The notes below the pieces were generated by a model that saw only the letters and a list, made by a program, of their open reading frames with translations, ran no database searches and was not told the origin of the DNA. 64,000 bases of DNA from TPA_inf: Saccharomyces (lineage: Eukaryota): the NCBI GenBank assembly GCA_000146045.2, contig BK006943.2, positions 192,001-256,000 on the forward strand, read 5' to 3'. This document shows positions 58,201-64,000 of the stretch, in pieces (position 1 is the first letter of the stretch; each line of letters begins with the position of its first letter). Both the position numbers and the translations under genes were made by a program.

Positions 58201-59691
58201 TGGTCCAAGAAAAAAACAGCTCCTGAGACTAATAATGAAAACAAAAAGGATGAGAAAAGCGATAACAGTTCTACGCATTCTGACGAAATATTCTATGATT
58301 CTCAAACGCAGGACAAAATGGAGAGAAAGATGACCTTTAGACCATCTCCGGAGGTCGTTTATCAAAATTTAGAGAAATTCTTCCCAAGGGCTAACTTAGA
58401 TAAGCCAATCACTGAAGGAATAGCTTCACCAACATCTCCGAAATCCTTAGACAGCCTACTTTCACCAAAGAATGTGGCTTCATCGAGAACTGAGCCAAGC
58501 ACTCCTTCCCGTCCCGTCCCTCCTGATAGCTCATACGAGTTCATACAGGATGGACTTAACGGTAAAAATAAACCATTGAATCAAGCTAAGACACCTAAAA
58601 GAACAAAAACCATAAGAACCATTGCACATGAAGCTAGTTTAGCAAGAAAAAACTCTGTAAAACTAAAAAGACAGAACACCAAAATGTGGGGTACAAGAAT
58701 GGTCGAAGTGACCGAAAACCATATGGTGTCAATTAATAAAGCCAAAAATTCGAAAGGTGAGTATAAGGAATTCGCCTGGATGAAGGGTGAAATGATAGGG
58801 AAGGGATCTTTCGGTGCTGTTTATTTATGTTTAAACGTTACTACAGGTGAGATGATGGCCGTTAAGCAGGTTGAGGTCCCCAAGTATAGCTCACAAAATG
58901 AAGCCATTCTAAGTACCGTGGAAGCATTAAGATCTGAAGTGTCCACGTTAAAAGATTTAGATCATCTTAATATTGTTCAATACTTAGGTTTTGAGAATAA
59001 AAACAATATTTACAGTTTGTTTTTAGAATATGTTGCTGGTGGCTCCGTGGGATCCTTGATTAGAATGTATGGAAGATTCGATGAACCGTTGATCAAACAT
59101 TTAACAACACAAGTATTAAAAGGATTGGCATACCTACACTCGAAAGGTATTCTCCACAGGGATATGAAGGCAGACAACTTACTTTTGGATCAAGATGGTA
59201 TCTGCAAAATCAGTGACTTCGGAATTTCAAGAAAATCAAAGGACATATACTCTAATTCGGATATGACCATGCGAGGAACAGTCTTCTGGATGGCTCCTGA
59301 AATGGTTGATACAAAGCAAGGCTACAGTGCAAAAGTTGATATATGGTCTCTGGGATGCATCGTTCTGGAAATGTTTGCTGGTAAGCGCCCGTGGTCCAAC
59401 TTAGAAGTCGTCGCAGCCATGTTCAAAATTGGAAAGTCAAAATCGGCACCACCAATTCCTGAGGACACTTTACCATTGATATCGCAAATCGGACGAAATT
59501 TTCTGGACGCATGCTTCGAGATAAATCCAGAGAAAAGGCCAACCGCTAACGAGCTTCTTTCTCATCCTTTTAGTGAAGTAAATGAAACATTCAATTTCAA
59601 ATCTACCAGACTCGCGAAGTTTATAAAGTCAAATGATAAGTTAAACTCTTCAAAATTAAGGATAACCTCTCAGGAGAATAAAACTGAATAG
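55255..59691 (+). CDS. BCK1: BCK1 (YJL095W), MAPKKK of the cell-wall integrity (Pkc1-Mpk1) pathway
   Basis: 1478 aa. It has a long Ser-rich regulatory N-terminus and a C-terminal Ser/Thr kinase domain (GKGSFGAVYL, HRDMKADNLL, DFGISR, GTVFWMAPE). Confidence 0.9.
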   Translation: MPFLRKIAGTAHTHSRSDSNSSVKFGHQPTSSVASTKSSSKSPRATSRKSIYDDIRSQFPNLTPNSTSSQFYESTPVIEQSFNWTTDDHISAGTLENPTSFTNSSYKNDNGPSSLSDSRKSSGGNSVNSLSFDKLILSWDPTDPDEWTMHRVTSWFKFHDFPESWILFFKKHQLFGHRFIKLLAYDNFAVYEKYLPQTKTASYTRFQQLLKKTMTKNVTNSHIRQKSASKLKSSRSSSESIKSKLKNSKSQEDISNSRSTSESALSPTKSGPSKTDEKNFLHSTSTHQKTKSASSLYRRSFISLRGSSSSNASSAKSPSNIKLSIPARPHSIIESNSTLTKSASPPASPSYPSIFRRHHKSSSSESSLLNSLFGSGIGEEAPTKPNPQGHSLSSENLAKGKSKHYETNVSSPLKQSSLPTSDDKGNLWNKFKRKSQIGVPSPNTVAYVTSQETPSLKSNSSTATLTVQTADVNIPSPSSSPPPIPKTANRSLEVISTEDTPKISSTTASFKETYPDCINPDKTVPVPVNNQKYSVKNFLLDQKFYPLKKTGLNDSENKYILVTKDNVSFVPLNLKSVAKLSSFKESALTKLGINHKNVTFHMTDFDCDIGAAIPDDTLEFLKKSLFLNTSGKIYIKDQMKLQQKPKPAPLTSENNVPLKSVKSKSSMRSGTSSLIASTDDVSIVTSSSDITSFDEHASGSGRRYPQTPSYYYDRVSNTNPTEELNYWNIKEVLSHEENAPKMVFKTSPKLELNLPDKGSKLNIPTPITENESKSSFQVLRKDEGTEIDFNHRRESPYTKPELAPKREAPKPPANTSPQRTLSTSKQNKPIRLVRASTKISRSKRSKPLPPQLLSSPIEASSSSPDSLTSSYTPASTHVLIPQPYKGANDVMRRLKTDQDSTSTSPSLKMKQKVNRSNSTVSTSNSIFYSPSPLLKRGNSKRVVSSTSAADIFEENDITFADAPPMFDSDDSDDDSSSSDDIIWSKKKTAPETNNENKKDEKSDNSSTHSDEIFYDSQTQDKMERKMTFRPSPEVVYQNLEKFFPRANLDKPITEGIASPTSPKSLDSLLSPKNVASSRTEPSTPSRPVPPDSSYEFIQDGLNGKNKPLNQAKTPKRTKTIRTIAHEASLARKNSVKLKRQNTKMWGTRMVEVTENHMVSINKAKNSKGEYKEFAWMKGEMIGKGSFGAVYLCLNVTTGEMMAVKQVEVPKYSSQNEAILSTVEALRSEVSTLKDLDHLNIVQYLGFENKNNIYSLFLEYVAGGSVGSLIRMYGRFDEPLIKHLTTQVLKGLAYLHSKGILHRDMKADNLLLDQDGICKISDFGISRKSKDIYSNSDMTMRGTVFWMAPEMVDTKQGYSAKVDIWSLGCIVLEMFAGKRPWSNLEVVAAMFKIGKSKSAPPIPEDTLPLISQIGRNFLDACFEINPEKRPTANELLSHPFSEVNETFNFKSTRLAKFIKSNDKLNSSKLRITSQENKTE

Positions 59692-59820
59692 CTATTAGGA
59701 TCGATCTATACTTAAGATATTTATGCATACGTAATAATATAGAACAATAAACATAGATGACGGAATGACGGAATGACTGAAAATTAAGAACAAAGAAAAT
59801 TAAAAAATTTCTGCTGATAC

Positions 59821-62442
59821 TTATTCAGACGAAAAATGGTGCACAATAAGGGTGTCAAAACGACGATTCGACCCTTCAAATATTACAGTCCTCACCTCTT
59901 CGCTGAAGGGCTCACTTTCATCAGGAAGGTCCTCTCCAATAATAAAGGTAGTCTCCTCTATATCAGCTAAAGCAGTATCTGATAAACCAACATCAAGCAC
60001 AGTCTCTATAAAGGACGGCTTTTCAATTGCTTCTTCTGGAACTTTCGTTTCAAAGGGGATATCCACAATTTTAATGGTAGATTCGTTTAGCCAGTCATGC
60101 TCAGCAAATGCAGTTGACAAATCTTTTGCGAAATCAATATTCTTGCTGTTAATAAATATACTACAGGATGCATTATCATTATTATAGCCATCTCTATAGC
60201 ATATCAATAAGAGAAGATATAGTCCAAGATAATCGGATTGTGTCAGGTATGGTTTTGGAAGTAATAAATTGAACCGTTTCCTCTTAAAGCGATCAGCATT
60301 TAATCTGCCATAGGTATTTGAAATTTGAACGGCAAAATTTGCCTTGAGTGACTGGAAAATAGACTTGAAGAAAGTAGATGATAGTTCATTCAGACCTAGG
60401 AGATGAGAATAAATGTGATCAAAGTTTGCGTATTTTTCATCAATGAAGACTGGGCTCCCTCTATACTCATACGAGGCCCCTTTTAATGGCAATAAGATCA
60501 GATCTGTGGAATCCATTTTCATCGTCGCTATATTAGCTGCCTTTTCACGCATTGTAGAAAATATGACTTCACTTGAAAATGGTATTTTGCTCAGGTTTGA
60601 AAATATATCAAAAATTTGTAATAGTGAATCTGTATTTGCGGTAAAGTGGGGATCATCATTATATAGAGAAGATGATTGCAGCAGATCAGTTGTCCGTTCA
60701 GTGAGCAATCGTAAATGAATGGCCCTCAATGCACCGACTCCCTCAAACGGGGTCAATTTTTCATCTATAACACTTAAATTGGTATCCACATCGTCAACGC
60801 TTTTAGACCAGATATGAACCATCTTTTTTATTTTGAATGTGTTAGATTTCAATGTGGAATCAGTAGCTGTTGTCATTCTGCTCAAGGAGGTTTCGTTCTT
60901 ATGTTTATTATTCTTAGGCTTGGGAGATACCCCTAAAGACAGGTAATTTAGCAGCTTTAGAGATGGAGAGATCGCTTCTGTAGTGTTTATCACCGTGGTC
61001 AGTTCACCAATTCTATATTTGCTAACATCTGCCAATGAATTAAGTTGAGTGTTAATTTCAGTCTTGTCCACACCCTCAGAATCGAGACCATCTGCTGCAC
61101 CATCATCTTCTGCAGGTGTAGATAAGGATTTGCGAACACCATCCCGGTATGAATCTGGGTAAACAAGCTGAGTCAGAGGAGTAGTGACAAAAGTAGAAAC
61201 TAATGCCATCAACACAAACATACCAAATATTTTTCTACTGATAATGCCCGCATTCAAACCAACAGTTAAGACAACGATTTCAACGATACCTTTGCATGAC
61301 ATCAAAACACCGGCTGCAGTGGCTTCTCTCCAAAATAAGCCAGTAAGTTTAGCTGTAAGAGTACCTGAAATAATTTTGGTGAAAATGGCGATGCCGATTG
61401 TGGCGAAAACATAGCCCCAATCTCTTCCCTCATTTAATAGAGTCAAATCGACATTTAATCCTGCAACAGCAAAGTAGATTGGAATGAAAACAATGTTAGG
61501 AATATCTTCCATCCTTTCTGTTAATTTAACAACGTAGTGATCATCTCTAGGAACTACTAAGCCAGCAATGAAGGCGCCAAAAATAGGATGAACTCCAATA
61601 ATATCCGTAAAATAAGCAGAAATGAACATGATGAATAGAATGCACATCGTTGCCAACGGTGAAGGCTTGCTTCTGTCCAATTCATGGGTCCTTATGAGCA
61701 CCCATCTTAATAGGTATTTTAAGGGAAAGAAATAAATCAAAAACCATGCAAACGTGATAAGCAGAATATAAACGGTATTGACAGGGCTCCCTTCTGCACT
61801 AGAAAGAATAATACTTAATGCTAACAAAATCCATCCCATTATATCGTTAATGATACCCGCCGCAAGGACAACGATACCTGCTCTATCCTTGATCAAGCGC
61901 AATTCATTTAAAATACGACATAAAACTGGAAAAGCCGTAACGGAGATGGAAACAGCTATAAATACCATGAAGACAGAGAATTTAATATGCCTTTCGCCTT
62001 CTGTTTTGTTTGCATAAGTGTGAAATAAAGGAATCGCCAGCAGACAACCAAAACCGAATGGCACTGCTAAAGTGACTATACCTATCACGAGTGCTTTCTT
62101 TAGGTGTTTCTTGATGAAAGCAATATCCACTTCTAAACCTAAAAAAAACATAAACAGTATTATTCCCAAATTCGCCACTAAATTTAGCCCCGGGATCGAT
62201 GATGTAGGGAAAATTGTGTTTGTATAGTTTGGAATTTGACCAAATATAGTAGGCCCCAAAATAACACCAGATATAACTTCTGAAATGACTTTAGGCTGCC
62301 TCATCATTGAAAAGGGAATGTGAATTAAATTGCATACCAGTAGTATGAGACATGCTTGAAAGAGAAATAATGTAAGCGGCGAACTGGAGTTGTAGTGGAA
62401 CGGATTTACACCCGACAGAATTCCTCCTACAGTGTTTGCCAT
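59821..62442 (-). CDS. KHA1: KHA1 (YJL094C), putative K+/H+ antiporter (CPA2 family)
   Basis: 873 aa from the ATG at 62442 (MANTVGGILSGVNPFHYN..). It has 12 or more transmembrane helices typical of Na+/H+-exchanger-fold transporters, plus a cytosolic C-terminal domain. Confidence 0.85.
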   Translation of the reverse strand: MANTVGGILSGVNPFHYNSSSPLTLFLFQACLILLVCNLIHIPFSMMRQPKVISEVISGVILGPTIFGQIPNYTNTIFPTSSIPGLNLVANLGIILFMFFLGLEVDIAFIKKHLKKALVIGIVTLAVPFGFGCLLAIPLFHTYANKTEGERHIKFSVFMVFIAVSISVTAFPVLCRILNELRLIKDRAGIVVLAAGIINDIMGWILLALSIILSSAEGSPVNTVYILLITFAWFLIYFFPLKYLLRWVLIRTHELDRSKPSPLATMCILFIMFISAYFTDIIGVHPIFGAFIAGLVVPRDDHYVVKLTERMEDIPNIVFIPIYFAVAGLNVDLTLLNEGRDWGYVFATIGIAIFTKIISGTLTAKLTGLFWREATAAGVLMSCKGIVEIVVLTVGLNAGIISRKIFGMFVLMALVSTFVTTPLTQLVYPDSYRDGVRKSLSTPAEDDGAADGLDSEGVDKTEINTQLNSLADVSKYRIGELTTVINTTEAISPSLKLLNYLSLGVSPKPKNNKHKNETSLSRMTTATDSTLKSNTFKIKKMVHIWSKSVDDVDTNLSVIDEKLTPFEGVGALRAIHLRLLTERTTDLLQSSSLYNDDPHFTANTDSLLQIFDIFSNLSKIPFSSEVIFSTMREKAANIATMKMDSTDLILLPLKGASYEYRGSPVFIDEKYANFDHIYSHLLGLNELSSTFFKSIFQSLKANFAVQISNTYGRLNADRFKRKRFNLLLPKPYLTQSDYLGLYLLLLICYRDGYNNDNASCSIFINSKNIDFAKDLSTAFAEHDWLNESTIKIVDIPFETKVPEEAIEKPSFIETVLDVGLSDTALADIEETTFIIGEDLPDESEPFSEEVRTVIFEGSNRRFDTLIVHHFSSE

Positions 62443-62736
62443 TTGATAGAATATAAATAATACAACTTCGTAATAATAATAATCGTTGGTATCATTTGAT
62501 GTGTGCTTTAGCAACAAGAGATGATATAATAAGCGAACAGTTTTTGTTTTTTATTTTCCCTTACTGGAGCTCAGCCACATTAATGCGAGACGCAACGGGT
62601 GCATAATATTGAAAGCGCATTTACAGCAGAAAAATGCTTTCAGTATTTATTTTGAGATGCTGAATATAAATATTTAGAGAATACATCCGTAGTAGTCTAC
62701 AGTAAGATATAAATCAATGCTTCGGGTGTTTGTATA

Positions 62737-64000
62737 TCAAAGTGTCTTTCTATGCTCACCCAAAAATTTTCTTTTGCTTATAACTTTATAAAGCTCTTCG
62801 TCTTCTACTAGATTACCAACTAATTCTTCTATGTTCTTGAAAAGCATCATAAAAGCAAAATGAGGTTCATTTAACGGGAACTTGAGGGGCGTATCAGGTG
62901 ATATCCAAAATTCGGGTCCGCGTGTGTACTCCTCAATATCTGTAATGTTCCTCAAATGTAGTTTATGAATGTACGACCAGTCGGAAAAACTAAGTGTGTA
63001 ATCTTTATCCGCCAGACATATCCGATGTAGTTTTTTGACGGCTTTAAGTAGCTCTTGCAAGTTCCTTAAATTACAGGTCCCCGAGTCCTGTAGTGCATAT
63101 TCAGCAGAAGAAACATATTCTAGAGGAAGTATTCCCTCTGGGCTAGATGCTTTTGATAATGAAGAAAATGATTCTTGCAGGCTTGCAGGAGGGGATGTCA
63201 CTCCAGAATCATTCTCTTCTGAATTATTATCGTTGAATTCAGAAATTTGACTGGATTGTGAGCTCGTTGTATTTTCTTCCAGATCACCATCAGCTGTGTC
63301 AGATTCTTCGAAAATTTCTCCAGTGTTCACCATAAAGGAAAGTGCTCTTTGACGCCCATTAAAAACGATGGACTTGACTTTATTATTGAATGATTCACCG
63401 ATCTTAATATCCAGAGAAGTGGAAATGTCAAACAACAGATCACCGACTGTAGATAGGATAGCCCCCATTAATGGCACGGCTCCCAACGCCCAAATCACAA
63501 AAAAAGCACGGCCTGCACCAGTCCTTGGAGCATAGTCTCCGTATCCAATGGTTAATAAGCACAAGAAACAAAAGTAAATACAATTGAAGTACGACCAATT
63601 TTCTGCGAATTTGAATACAAGAGCTCCCAATAACCAAAAAGCCATGAAAATTGCAATAGTCACCGACAAAGAAAACCAATGCTGCTTCCTTGAGGCCGTT
63701 TGTCGGATACACTTCATTAAGTCGAACGCTTCCCTTTCAGATAAATTTTTACTACTATCCATATAATGTTTCCACGATTTGGACCTGCCTTTTTCAACTC
63801 TGTGGAAAAAGAAAATTGGGCCAGAGGACTTTTGAATGATGGATCTTGTCATAAACACTATTAAACCCATCAAGACAACACCAGATAGCGAAAAGATTAA
63901 AACCATGATTTTGGCGCCAACCGACTTGGGCAGGATGTCACCTAGTCCCACGGTTAATAATGATACCGTGCAGAAATATAATGCATTTCCGTAAGTGATG
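62737..64000 (-). CDS. TOK1: TOK1 (YJL093C), outward-rectifier two-pore-domain K+ channel. Only the 3' (C-terminal) part is in the window. The gene continues past position 64000.
   Basis: It has a K+-selectivity-filter P-loop, TIGYGDYAP (about 63538-63546), flanked by transmembrane helices. The frame stays open to the window edge. The ATG at 63951 called by the track is internal. Confidence 0.8.

Overview
This window is nuclear DNA from Saccharomyces cerevisiae, chromosome X left arm, the YJL117W to YJL093C interval. I identified it from gene content and order. It is gene-dense and ordinary except for one accessory locus at 5.3-12.8 kb. That locus is a Pol III gene Ty hotspot: divergent tRNA-Ala(AGC) and tRNA-Asp(GUC) genes bracket nested retroelement insertions. 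These comprise a Ty3 sigma fragment 16 bp upstream of tRNA-Ala, an old diverged delta LTR, a full-length Ty4 element (6224 bp, 371-bp tau LTRs, TATCA target-site duplication), a complete inverted solo Ty1 delta with ATTAT target-site duplication, and a diverged tau-like remnant. The Ty4 has a tRNA-Asn primer-binding site, TYA/TYB genes and the CTT-AGG-C +1 frameshift site. Its TYA frame is broken at an A7 homopolymer. The rest is housekeeping genes: PHO86, NCA3, ASF1, MDV1, CCT7, GZF3, UTP10, PRM10/YJL107C (one ancestral gene split by a frameshift), IME2, SET4, PAM16, GSM1, MEF2, tRNA-Arg(ACG), GSH1, LSB6, CHS6, SAP185, PHS1, MRPL49, BCK1, KHA1, and the 3' part of TOK1. I could read several promoter motifs directly: the IME2 URS1, the GSH1 Met31/32, Cbf1 and Yap1 sites, and the ASF1 MCB boxes. 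There is no prokaryotic-style defense system, CRISPR array or operon structure. The novelty is limited to the nested Ty architecture, the TYA frame break and the split gene. The supplied ORF track calls TTG/GTG starts, so several of its ORFs carry artifactual N-terminal extensions that I trimmed to the first ATG. Gene names rest on recognising the sequences and the chromosome X gene order. No database search was possible.
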